From a virus (lineage: Duplodnaviria; Heunggongvirae; Uroviricota; Caudoviricetes), in IMG/VR virus record IMGVR_UViG_3300030310_000017, positions 1 to 44,763 of that record: a stretch of 44,763 nucleotides of DNA; one strand, written 5' to 3'. The stretch's first letter is position 1. Each line of letters starts with the position of its first letter. The notes under the pieces were generated by a model. It was not told where the DNA came from. It did not search any database and was given only the letters and a program-made list of their open reading frames with translations. Both the position numbers and the translations under genes were made by a program. Shown piece after piece: positions 1-8,370 of the stretch.

Positions 1-1029
1 TCACGGGTTTCTGCTCAGAACTGTGACATCCAGCACCGGAATATCCAGAGTCGGAGTTACTGAGGGTTTGCGATCATACGTCAGCACTTGCGCCTCTGTT
101 TTGTGACCAGAGAACAACTGCTTTTCTTTACTGCTTCCGTCGTAGTCTGAGATCCCCTTCGCTTTTAAATCGTGAAACGTTCCCGTAATCGGGTAGCCCA
201 GTTTTTCACTTGCCGCCGCCCTGGCTTTACGCCAGATATCGTTAAATCCGGTATAGCTGTATTGCCCACCATATTTGTTACAGACCACGAAATGTTGTCC
301 TCCCAACGATTTCGCCTGCTCAAGTGCGAACATCAGTCGCTCTGAATACTGTTTGATCTGCTTTTTACCAGTCTTACCCTGTTGGATAAACAACCCCTTA
401 CTCATTACCTGATCCCACGTCAGCTTTCGTATATCGCCGATCCGCGTGGCGCACAGATAGGCGATCTCCATCGCGCACTGTAAAACGGGAGATGCCTCCT
501 GATAAATTGCGATATATTCCTCGTCCGTGAAATAGTAGTCGCGTGCCTTGAGGGAAAATTTACTGACGCCCTGGCATGGATTCCCTTTTACATATCCGCG
601 TTCGTATCCCCAGCGGAATACTCGCGACATACTGGCTTTTTCATGATTCGCCTGTGTTTTGCTTTTCAGCCCCCGCTTGTCCATATACAGCCGCACGTGA
701 GCAGGTTTTATGTTGTCGGCTTTCATTTTCCCGAACGCTGCGAGTAATTTCTTCTGGTGCTGCAGATAATCCTTTTGTGTACGCTGACCGAGTTCCAGAT
801 AGTAGGTGCTGTTGAGAAATTTGTTCCAGAGTTTACTGAACGTCATGACATCAATAGCATCATTCAGGATCTCTTCGTATTTCACCCATACCTGAGCAAT
901 TGACAGATCATTAATTTTACCCAGCGTAATACACTCTCGGGGCGTTGGTTTGAAATAATAGCTGTATTTGTTTTTATAAACGCGGGGTGGCAGCTTATTA
1001 TCTTCCGCGTTTTTTCGTGTTCTGCTCAT
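1..1029 (-). CDS. int: Tyrosine site-specific integrase (lambda Int-like), complete
   Basis: 342-aa ORF with a stop codon at window positions 1-3 on the minus strand. Length and overall pattern resemble lambda Int, and it sits at the prophage end next to an excisionase-like gene. Confidence 0.88.
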   Translation of the reverse strand: MSRTRKNAEDNKLPPRVYKNKYSYYFKPTPRECITLGKINDLSIAQVWVKYEEILNDAIDVMTFSKLWNKFLNSTYYLELGQRTQKDYLQHQKKLLAAFGKMKADNIKPAHVRLYMDKRGLKSKTQANHEKASMSRVFRWGYERGYVKGNPCQGVSKFSLKARDYYFTDEEYIAIYQEASPVLQCAMEIAYLCATRIGDIRKLTWDQVMSKGLFIQQGKTGKKQIKQYSERLMFALEQAKSLGGQHFVVCNKYGGQYSYTGFNDIWRKARAAASEKLGYPITGTFHDLKAKGISDYDGSSKEKQLFSGHKTEAQVLTYDRKPSVTPTLDIPVLDVTVLSRNP

Positions 1030-1244
1030 CAGATTGCATCAAAATTTGGTTGTTCTTCTTCGGCAATCTGCACGGACCTTGCTCCGGACAGCGCAGCGTT
1101 TACATGCGTCCATGTGACGCGAGGTCGCCCATCGCGGCGTTTTACATAAGAGATCCCGGCACGGGTCAGGGCGCCGCATTGTTTTGACGGGAACTGGTAG
1201 CCGGTCAGTTCAACCAGTTCCTCGTCGTTTAACAGATCGTTCAT
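1029..1244 (-). CDS. xis: Excisionase-like small DNA-binding protein
   Basis: 71-aa ORF immediately upstream of int on the same strand, with start/stop overlap to int. Assignment is by position and size only. Confidence 0.5.
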   Translation of the reverse strand: MNDLLNDEELVELTGYQFPSKQCGALTRAGISYVKRRDGRPRVTWTHVNAALSGARSVQIAEEEQPNFDAI

Positions 1245-1434
1245 GGTCCTTCCTCATTATGTAGCTTATTGCGTCATCTGCCACATGGCAGGCACGGGCA
1301 ATATCAGACTCGGTCAAAGCCTGTTTCCTGACGCTGGCCGACAGTCGGCCAATTTTGATATCAAATGCGGAGAGCAGAGTTGCTCCCGGTTGCCATCGCA
1401 GCATTGTGATCCTCCTGGGTCTGGTGAATCGCAA
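1210..1434 (-). CDS. Hypothetical small early protein
   Basis: 74-aa ORF co-oriented with the int-xis operon and overlapping the xis start by about 35 nt. The true start may be internal. Confidence 0.3.
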   Translation of the reverse strand: MRFTRPRRITMLRWQPGATLLSAFDIKIGRLSASVRKQALTESDIARACHVADDAISYIMRKDHERSVKRRGTG

Positions 1435-1453
1435 TGCTAGCGATGGTGAGTTT

Positions 1454-1636
1454 TTATTTCTGATTAGGCGTAATCAGTTCTGGTGGGGGGAATGCCGATT
1501 TCTCCCGCGTGACCTTAATGTTTTCTGGCAGGTGTAGCCCGAGTTCGCAGCGACTCCGTGCTTCAATAATGCCATTGGTACCATCGGCAAGTACCAGGTG
1601 AACCGCGTCACCACGCTTTAATGTGAGTTTAAGCAT
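1454..1636 (-). CDS. Hypothetical small early protein
   Basis: 60-aa ORF whose start overlaps the stop of the upstream 189-aa gene, an operon-like arrangement. Confidence 0.35.
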   Translation of the reverse strand: MLKLTLKRGDAVHLVLADGTNGIIEARSRCELGLHLPENIKVTREKSAFPPPELITPNQK

Positions 1637-2205
1637 TAGCGTACCCTCAGCGAACGTTCGCCGCGTTCCAGATGTGCGCCTGGTACCGGGTTTAATAACT
1701 CGGCTGGTGGTGTTTCTCCACGCGCCAGTATTTCGGCGGCAACCGCCTCCGCAGATTCAATCACTTCTTTAATGGCTCGCTTGTTTGGTGTAATAACCGT
1801 TTCTACATCAACAAGTGACACGCCTTCATACTCATCCGGGATCTTATCTTTGCTATCGATAATTACCCGGATAGCCCCCTGTGCATCAGTAAATGTGTTT
1901 TTTGCGGTTTTTAGTTTATCCAGGCCAGCAGCTTGCAGGCAGGCGAGCATATGCTTCCGAATTGCTTTTTCCTTGCCTTCAAAGGACGTCTTACGGGTAG
2001 CCAGGCGAGACATTTCTTCAGCGCAGGTACTGGCATTGCCCTGTAAATTACGGCAGATGACCATCATGGCGTCCAGTTTGTCTCCCAGTTCTCCTTCCAT
2101 ACCTTCAAGCGTGTCGGCGATCATCTCTGGCGTCAGTTCGTCGGAGGTTTCTAACAGGTCAATCAGACTGGCATATTCTTTTGCAATAGCGATAGCAGTG
2201 CTCAT
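1636..2205 (-). CDS. Hypothetical early-operon protein, possibly Gp157-like
   Basis: 189-aa acidic ORF directly downstream of, and overlapping (ATGA), the large recombination-like gene. The family label is a recollection, not verified. Confidence 0.4.
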   Translation of the reverse strand: MSTAIAIAKEYASLIDLLETSDELTPEMIADTLEGMEGELGDKLDAMMVICRNLQGNASTCAEEMSRLATRKTSFEGKEKAIRKHMLACLQAAGLDKLKTAKNTFTDAQGAIRVIIDSKDKIPDEYEGVSLVDVETVITPNKRAIKEVIESAEAVAAEILARGETPPAELLNPVPGAHLERGERSLRVR

Positions 2206-4415
2206 GCTGTTTGCTCCTGTGCTGCGGTGAGGGCGGTGAGGCGTTCGGTTTTGATTTCATTCAAACGGCGCAGGCGCGAACCAAGATAAGTTGAATACTC
2301 CTTATCACCTTTGGATTCTGCGGCCTTGCGGTGAACTTCTACTTCCCGCGCAATAAGGCCATAGACTTTATTAACTTCATTGGGGGTTACGGCTGCAGCC
2401 AGTGTTTTGGCAACACCTGAGAGTCGTTCATCCAGTTCTTCACGCAGTCGGGTAGCATCCTCTGCTTTCTCGCTTGCCTTCTTAATACTGTATTCTGTAT
2501 TCAGCTCGGCGGTGTAGGCACTATCGTTATGCATATCCATATAAACATCTGCCGCAAATCCCAGATGAGATAGTGCTTTGACGGTGGCATCAGTAAGAGA
2601 CTTTTTGGAGGCCTCTTTTTCCATTACCAGTGCCCCTTTGTTATTTTTTGATATGTAATCCGTGTGGCCATATGACGGAATAAATCCTTTCACTCCGTTC
2701 CAGATGTACCAGAGATCTATCCGGATGGTGTGTACTGACAGGCAGAACAGGGAACCGTCAGCATCCCTGACAGGTTTTTGTCCAATAATTTTCCCTGTCT
2801 GATCCTGTATAGGTTCAAGTAATGGCACACCGCGATCCACTCGCTCCTCCTTGATTTCAACTCCCCAACCAATGCCTTCCATTCCCAGCACTTCAGTCGC
2901 ACGCATCAAAATATATTGTGCGCGTATGGAGTGCAGTCCTGCACCGTAATCATTATGTGTGACATACGCAGGATCGGTCCGCTGAACGCGATTCCAGATA
3001 GCCAAATTTGCTTTGCTCTGGTCATCATTCATTGCTGACAGATAATGCTCCATGCGAATTGATGCAGTTTTTTCCTCGGCATGGGGCGGCTCAACCAGCG
3101 CGTCAACGTTCTGCACCAGATCCTTTACCTGCTCGCTAAGTTTTTCTTGTGGAGGAGTCTCTTCTGCCGGGGTAATAGCTGCAGGTTCCCTCTGTGAGAC
3201 GGCGTTATTTTCAGGTACGTCATACACATGGCGAGGCGTGATAAACTGCTCACGCAACTGCTGCAAACTACGTTCTCCAGCATTTGCAGCTTCGCTTTTT
3301 TCACCCTGATTTGAGGGTGTTTCTGACATCATCCCATCAATTGAGAATCGCCCGCCGCCGTGGTTGGTGACTTTTACATCATCCTTTGGTGCTGCTTCCT
3401 TTGACTTCTCTTCAACAGCATTTGCATCACGCTGCCCGTTAGCTTGCAGCCAGTTGTCGATGTGACTGCGCAGGGATTGCGGGAAGTGGTACGTGTCTTT
3501 TGCGGGGGCGCTCTGAATAACACCGAATACTGATGCGCGGTCATAGGCAAGGATCTGATCCGTTGTGCGCAAGGCCATTGACCAGCGTTTAAAATCCTCC
3601 CGATCCTGGCTGATTATTTCGTCTGCCGCTTTCAGGGCGCTGGGGGAGATTTTTTCCGGGCCAACGGGTAACAGAGCGCAGGCAATTTCACGATCCAGTG
3701 TAGCGTGAGTCTGTTTGTAAGGACGTGCGGACGGTTTTACCTCCGGCAGCATTTCATCGCGTTTACCGGGATTCTCTACCCATTTTTTTATAAATTTGGA
3801 GATAGTCCAACTGGTCGGGTTTTGTTCCTGGGTATCGCAACTTGCCAAAATTGCATGTACCAGATTATTCAATCCAGCAATATGCATGTACTCGATGGGC
3901 TTACACGCCACCATGGCATCAAGAACGATGCGGTTAAACGCGTCAACCTCATCCTCACTGTCAGTATCACTGTTGTCGAGCATCTCCAGGTATTCACGCG
4001 TCTGCGCAAGCAATTCACTGTCGACTTCGTTGGCGTCGTGGCTGAACAGCAGAACGGCGGCGAATCGTTCACGAGCCGGCAGTTTCATCAGGTCGTTAAC
4101 CTGTGCGATATCTGCTGAACCGCTATCTACAACGGGGGTGTTAACTACCCATTTTTCGCCATCAAAACTGTGTTCTGTGGCGAACGTCTCATCAAACTCA
4201 CCAACGCCTGGGCGCGGTTGGCCCAGGGCATCTTCCCAGATTTTAGGTTTGAAATAGTTGTCGCCGTGGTCAGGGTAGGCTTCCCACAATTTGCCGATGA
4301 TGATGTTCTCGGCAACTTTTTTGTTAGGGGCGTCGATGGCGATGGCCAGCGCCGGGATCGCGCCGTTTTTGAGCGCGCCTTTTTTCGCTTCTAACAAGCC
4401 GTTAAAAATGGTCAT
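2202..4415 (-). CDS. Large early protein with a putative ERF/Rad52-like single-strand-annealing region near the C-terminus
   Basis: 737-aa ORF in the early leftward operon. The C-terminal segment (KALSHLGFAADVYMDMHND) loosely resembles the conserved core of phage ERF-type annealing proteins; the N-terminal ~450 aa are unassigned. The CDS is solid, the function tentative. Confidence 0.5.
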   Translation of the reverse strand: MTIFNGLLEAKKGALKNGAIPALAIAIDAPNKKVAENIIIGKLWEAYPDHGDNYFKPKIWEDALGQPRPGVGEFDETFATEHSFDGEKWVVNTPVVDSGSADIAQVNDLMKLPARERFAAVLLFSHDANEVDSELLAQTREYLEMLDNSDTDSEDEVDAFNRIVLDAMVACKPIEYMHIAGLNNLVHAILASCDTQEQNPTSWTISKFIKKWVENPGKRDEMLPEVKPSARPYKQTHATLDREIACALLPVGPEKISPSALKAADEIISQDREDFKRWSMALRTTDQILAYDRASVFGVIQSAPAKDTYHFPQSLRSHIDNWLQANGQRDANAVEEKSKEAAPKDDVKVTNHGGGRFSIDGMMSETPSNQGEKSEAANAGERSLQQLREQFITPRHVYDVPENNAVSQREPAAITPAEETPPQEKLSEQVKDLVQNVDALVEPPHAEEKTASIRMEHYLSAMNDDQSKANLAIWNRVQRTDPAYVTHNDYGAGLHSIRAQYILMRATEVLGMEGIGWGVEIKEERVDRGVPLLEPIQDQTGKIIGQKPVRDADGSLFCLSVHTIRIDLWYIWNGVKGFIPSYGHTDYISKNNKGALVMEKEASKKSLTDATVKALSHLGFAADVYMDMHNDSAYTAELNTEYSIKKASEKAEDATRLREELDERLSGVAKTLAAAVTPNEVNKVYGLIAREVEVHRKAAESKGDKEYSTYLGSRLRRLNEIKTERLTALTAAQEQTA

Positions 4416-4445
4416 TGGTCTTTCCTCATTACAGGTCAGTGGTCT

Positions 4446-4766
4446 TTAGTAGGGGATTTCATCAGTATCTGGCGTGTATTCGATGCAAAGTAACTGCTGG
4501 ATTTTGTCATCGATAGCAGCAATACGCTGTTGGGCGTCGGCGGCTGTATTCTGTTTTTGCTCACGCAGCTGCTCAACCTGTAAACCGATGATGTCGATTG
4601 GCTGGGGCTGGTTGACGGTAATTTCAATTTCGCGGCTTTCCAGAAGGATGTACCTGTCTGGAAAATTTTTTGACATATCAACTGTCGCAATAAACAGCTT
4701 TTCATGGCTGAAAGTTGAAGTTGCATAATGAATAAAGAGTGTTACTGGGATGGTGCGCGCTTCCAT
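4446..4766 (-). CDS. Hypothetical early protein
   Basis: 106-aa ORF, first gene of the leftward early operon after the ORF-poor leader. Confidence 0.45.
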   Translation of the reverse strand: MEARTIPVTLFIHYATSTFSHEKLFIATVDMSKNFPDRYILLESREIEITVNQPQPIDIIGLQVEQLREQKQNTAADAQQRIAAIDDKIQQLLCIEYTPDTDEIPY

Positions 4767-5194
4767 AGCGACTCCTTGGTGATGTATACTCAGAACCGAT
4801 CAGCGAATATTGATCAGCTTCCATAGCGTCAGTGTCGTTGGTCTTTCCTCATCACAAGTTTGGTCACTTGTGATAAATCCGAATGGTTTGGTCGCCGTTC
4901 GGGGTAACTGGCCCGCCTTGTGCGGGTCTTTTGCTATCTAAAGGGTGCCGGTTACGTTTCCGGCGTCGTCATGTTTCCATCACGACCGTACAGGGCTGGT
5001 CTTTCCTGTTTTGAGCTGGTCAGGCTCATGGTCAACGCTGGTCAGGCGTGGTACTTCCTCCGGTCTTTCCCTGGTTTCACGCTGCGGGTTTGGCCTCTCC
5101 TGTTGGGGACTCAGGCACAGCGATAAAACCTGGCTGTGTGAAAAAATGGCCCATCGTGCGGACTGGGCAAAGACTAAACACAGCAAATTGATGA

Positions 5195-5217
5195 TGGGCG
5201 CCCGGAATCGAACCGGG
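5195..5217 (-). other. tRNA-like T-arm fragment (GGTTCGATTCCGGG followed by CGCCCA); not an intact tRNA
   Basis: The minus strand reads CCCGGTTCGATTCCGGGCGCCCA, a canonical T-stem/loop followed by an acceptor-like 3' tail. No matching 5' acceptor strand or D-arm could be found upstream. Confidence 0.25.
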
Positions 5218-5620
5218 TAACGGGCAGGGAGTTCCCGTTAAACACCTGTTCACCACAACCGGGAGCGCACTCCGCCATTTCAAAATTTAACGACAAAGCT
5301 CAAAGTTGAGTCGATGAAGTGCGCTCTCGTGTTGTAGCCAGGACTCTTCCCTGGTGGTCACACCGTATCGCCTTGATGGTGAATCAATCGCTCATACCTG
5401 GCTGTGGCTTGCACATTCCGGCTACCTGCTATGGAGACAACGCGTTAAGGCTCCGCTTCCATCCAGACCGCTTCGACACATGTGCCATATGCCGGTGAAG
5501 TCTTTCCCTCTGTCACCGTGTTGGCGCCGACGCGCAAAATTTGGTGCCGTCTTTCCGGCTGTCAGAACTTGTTTCTGAACAACTGCCGCTGGGTAAGCGT
5601 TGTTGATGAAAGTGACTTTA

Positions 5621-5670
5621 CAATTTGTATTTGTAATGGTCAATGTGTTTTTAAAAAATAATTTGTAGTG
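5621..5670. promoter_or_regulatory. Putative left operator region with ATTTGTA(A/G)T repeats
   Basis: Three copies of ATTTGTA(A/T/G)T within 50 bp (5623-5629, 5629-5637 and 5661-5669), just downstream of the repressor gene 3' end. The same motif recurs at the divergent promoter region on the other side of the repressor gene. Confidence 0.35.
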
Positions 5671-5761
5671 AGGGACAAAAAAATATTCACTGTGTAAAGG
5701 TGTTTTTGTGTTAGGGGAAAGTTGCATGCCAGCAGCGGCTGGCCTGGAAATTTGAACTGAA

Positions 5762-6190
5762 CTATTTTGTCTGGTTTTTGGCTTCAAGTAGTTCTTTTAG
5801 CAGTAGATCGAAGTGCTCTCTTTTTTCTTTTAGCTCATTGATTAGTTTGTTTTTTTCGCTCTCAGGCAGTCCTCTGAATAGTTGCAGTAGAGCCTGTTCT
5901 TGCGGGGTTAGTTCTTGATTGTAATTACCGGGGTGTAGCGTGGATTCATCCAAATATTCTCCTTCATTCATGAAGAAAAAATGAACAGGGTATCCGGTCA
6001 CTTTTGCTAGCTTGTCTAATTTATCTTTTCTTGGAGTTACCCCATTACACCATGCCTGAACTGATTGAGCTGTAACCCCAATATGGCGAGCTAACTCAGA
6101 TTGAGACCAGCCTAAGTCTTTTAGAATCCGTTGTAGTCGGCTAGCAAAAGCCATGTTTTTCGTTTTTGTGTTCATACCGTAAGGATACAA
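5762..6190 (-). CDS. Phage repressor, XRE-family helix-turn-helix, short form without a peptidase domain
   Basis: 142-aa ORF with a recognisable HTH (SQSELARHIGVTAQSVQAWCNG) and only a short helical C-terminus. It is divergent from a Cro-like gene. No S24 Ser/Lys peptidase region is visible. Confidence 0.8.
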   Translation of the reverse strand: MYPYGMNTKTKNMAFASRLQRILKDLGWSQSELARHIGVTAQSVQAWCNGVTPRKDKLDKLAKVTGYPVHFFFMNEGEYLDESTLHPGNYNQELTPQEQALLQLFRGLPESEKNKLINELKEKREHFDLLLKELLEAKNQTK

Positions 6191-6214
6191 GGTTTAATTG
6201 TAGGGAGCATTGCA

Positions 6215-6250
6215 AATATAATTTGTAATTACAGTTATGATTTGTAATGA
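6215..6250. promoter_or_regulatory. Putative right operator / divergent promoter region
   Basis: ATTTGTAAT occurs at 6221-6229 and TTTGTAAT at 6241-6248, between the divergent repressor and Cro-like genes in an AT-rich spacer. Confidence 0.4.
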
Positions 6251-6273
6251 TGGCGCGGACACAAGGAGTCCAT

Positions 6274-6504
6274 ATGGATAAACAACTGCAAGACAAAATT
6301 CTTTCCGTAATGAGTCAATCCGAGTTAGGTCGGCGATTAGGGAAAAAACCACAAACTGTGAGCCTCTGGTTCAAAGGACGGGTTCCCGGTGAAGAGGTTT
6401 TGCGCACATCTGAAGCTCTTGAATGGCGCGTGACCCCTCATGATCTTAGACCGGATCTTTACCCAAACCCAGATGACAGCTTGCCTAAAACGGAAGCAGC
6501 TTAA
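6274..6504 (+). CDS. Cro/YdaS-like HTH regulator
   Basis: An AAGGAG ribosome-binding site lies 6 nt upstream of the ATG at 6274 (the ORF track starts at 6247). The protein has an HTH and an RHDLRPDLYP motif typical of YdaS-type Cro proteins. Confidence 0.7.
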   Translation: MDKQLQDKILSVMSQSELGRRLGKKPQTVSLWFKGRVPGEEVLRTSEALEWRVTPHDLRPDLYPNPDDSLPKTEAA

Positions 6505-6562
6505 CTGTTGGTGAGCCCCAAATCTGATTAAGCGTAATCAATTTTTAGCGACAGGAGACGCT

Positions 6563-7039
6563 ATGGAAAACCCAGAGGAATTACAAAAAGAGATTTTGAC
6601 CTGGGCGGCAAGGGCAGGGCAGGAACTCGTCACGATTGAAATCTGCCGGGCCTGGTTCAGTCAGGGACGCAATGATGAGTTGAGACTACATGAATTTGAG
6701 GACGCGGACGGCAATGTGGACTGGAGAGCCATCAACAACAATCGGCAGAAAATCTTTCGCTGGTTACGTGGCGAGACAACGGCGGCGCGCCGAAAAACTC
6801 AGGTGCTGGCCAGTGTGATGAAAGCCGTGCTACCCGCAGAACGGCGGGCGCGTCTGGAGTCGCCGGGCGATCCCGTTTTGCTGGCAACGCTGGCGGCAAA
6901 AGAAGGGGTGGAAGCGATTAACGCTGTACATCTCCACTTCGCGCCAGAGATAACTATTCAGGAAATTGACGAAGCAATAGCGGCGCTGGTAGCGACGCGA
7001 GGGGCAGTGATAAGCACTGCGCAAGGCCACCATGCATGA
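6563..7039 (+). CDS. YdaT-like / cII-analogue regulatory protein
   Basis: 158-aa ORF directly after the Cro-like gene, as in Rac-type immunity regions. Assignment is by position and size. Confidence 0.45.
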   Translation: MENPEELQKEILTWAARAGQELVTIEICRAWFSQGRNDELRLHEFEDADGNVDWRAINNNRQKIFRWLRGETTAARRKTQVLASVMKAVLPAERRARLESPGDPVLLATLAAKEGVEAINAVHLHFAPEITIQEIDEAIAALVATRGAVISTAQGHHA

Positions 7040-7078
7040 GCGCCTGACCAGCGTTTAACTTATACCGAGGAAAGACCG

Positions 7079-7303
7079 ATGTTAAGACATATTGACCGCA
7101 TTACCTGGCGTAACGGCTGGCACCTGAATGGGCGCCCGGCACATGTTGCAGAGATCCAACCTATTTTTGATGGGCGTATGGCTGCCGCGCTTTCGGTGTG
7201 GGAGCAGTATGAATCCAGGAAGGTCGAGTTGCGCGACAAAGGGCTGAGCAATGCGGACTATGAAGCCGGTTGTCGTCAGATAGCCGAAGCTCTGGAGATC
7301 TGA
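7079..7303 (+). CDS. Hypothetical protein
   Basis: 74-aa ORF preceded by the conserved GAGGAAAGACCGATG initiation motif. Confidence 0.5.
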   Translation: MLRHIDRITWRNGWHLNGRPAHVAEIQPIFDGRMAAALSVWEQYESRKVELRDKGLSNADYEAGCRQIAEALEI

Positions 7304-7305
7304 GT

Positions 7306-8370
7306 ATGAGTCGTTTGCTGATTAACGAAAACCCCCTTCAGGTCCTGCCCACGTTGGCATGCACTATAGGGTTGAATGAAGCCATCGTTCTACAGCAAAT
7401 CCACTACTGGCTGAATTCATCTCAAAATTTCTTCGAAAATCGCCACTGGGTGTACAACAGTGTGACCGATTGGCAAGAACAATTCCCGTTCTGGAGCGAG
7501 TCGACAATAAAACGCGTGCTGGCCAATCTGGAAAAATTGAATGTGGTATTTACTGGGAACTTTAACAGTGATGCCTGGGATAAAACCAAGTGGTATTCAA
7601 TCAATTATGCCCAGTTATGTAAGATTGAAGAGACAACATTCCCTGTGGCCAATCGATTAGGTCAAGTTGACCCAATCGAAGAGGTCAATGTGACCCAAGC
7701 ATCAGGTCAAGTTGACCCATGCGCTAAGGTCAAAATGACCCAATCTCTTACAGAGAATACAACAGAGAGTACTACAGAGATAAAAGATCCCCCTTACCCC
7801 CAAAAGGGGGAGGGCGAGGAAATCATTCTCGCTGACGCTCAAAAAGCTCTGAACTACTACAACGAGAAAGTCGGTACACGCTGCCGCGACGTTAAACCGT
7901 TTGTCATGCTGCTGACTGCCACCACCACCCGCGCTGGTTACAGCGTGGCTGAGATTCAGTTAGTAATTCGTTGGGTTATTGCGACATGGCGCCGTCGTAG
8001 CGGAAGCGTGCCGAAACCTGCGAACATTTGCCGCGTAAACCGGTTTGACGGATATCTGGCTGACGCTGAGGCGTGGGCCACTGCTGAGGCTGCCGTTGAC
8101 CCTGCTGAAGTTGTGAAGGGCTACAACGAGATTCTGGGCGACCTGCTACCTATAGCTGAAATTGATACTGACCGCCGTCGGGCAATCCTGCGCCTGCTGG
8201 CACATATGCGCACGCAAACTCTTGGCGCATTTATCGGCTACTTCGAAAAATTCCGCGATAACGCCCCAGACTTCTATTTCGGCGGCGAATATCGCACCGG
8301 CTGGCGGGCAGGGTTTGATTACCTGATGAAGCCAGAAACACTGCGTAAAACCAGGGAAGGGGCATTATGA
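7306..8370 (+). CDS. Replication initiation protein (lambda O / P22 gp18 analogue)
   Basis: An ATG at 7306 with a GGAG ribosome-binding site (the ORF track starts at a TTG at 7270). It contains four internal iterons and is followed, with overlap, by the DnaB-type helicase gene. Confidence 0.6.
   Translation: MSRLLINENPLQVLPTLACTIGLNEAIVLQQIHYWLNSSQNFFENRHWVYNSVTDWQEQFPFWSESTIKRVLANLEKLNVVFTGNFNSDAWDKTKWYSINYAQLCKIEETTFPVANRLGQVDPIEEVNVTQASGQVDPCAKVKMTQSLTENTTESTTEIKDPPYPQKGEGEEIILADAQKALNYYNEKVGTRCRDVKPFVMLLTATTTRAGYSVAEIQLVIRWVIATWRRRSGSVPKPANICRVNRFDGYLADAEAWATAEAAVDPAEVVKGYNEILGDLLPIAEIDTDRRRAILRLLAHMRTQTLGAFIGYFEKFRDNAPDFYFGGEYRTGWRAGFDYLMKPETLRKTREGAL
7660..7742. repeat. Replication-origin iterons: four copies of GGTCAA-NN-TGACCCA at ~22-bp spacing
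   Basis: GGTCAAGTTGACCCA at 7660-7674, GGTCAATGTGACCCA at 7683-7697, GGTCAAGTTGACCCA at 7705-7719 and GGTCAAAATGACCCA at 7728-7742. Each is internally palindromic and they lie inside the O-like gene, as lambda ori does. Confidence 0.6.

Noticed and set aside
2717-4394. Several plus- and minus-strand ORFs of 60-150 aa inside 2202-4415
   Set aside because: All are nested in or antisense to the continuous 737-aa reading frame.
5195-5290. Possible intact tRNA gene
   Set aside because: Only a T-arm and a 3' acceptor-like segment are present. No complementary 5' acceptor strand, D-arm or anticodon stem could be built, so it is reported as a tRNA-like fragment only.
5422-5787. 121-aa minus-strand ORF
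   Set aside because: Overlaps the repressor 3' end and the operator-like repeats; has no ribosome-binding site and an odd composition.
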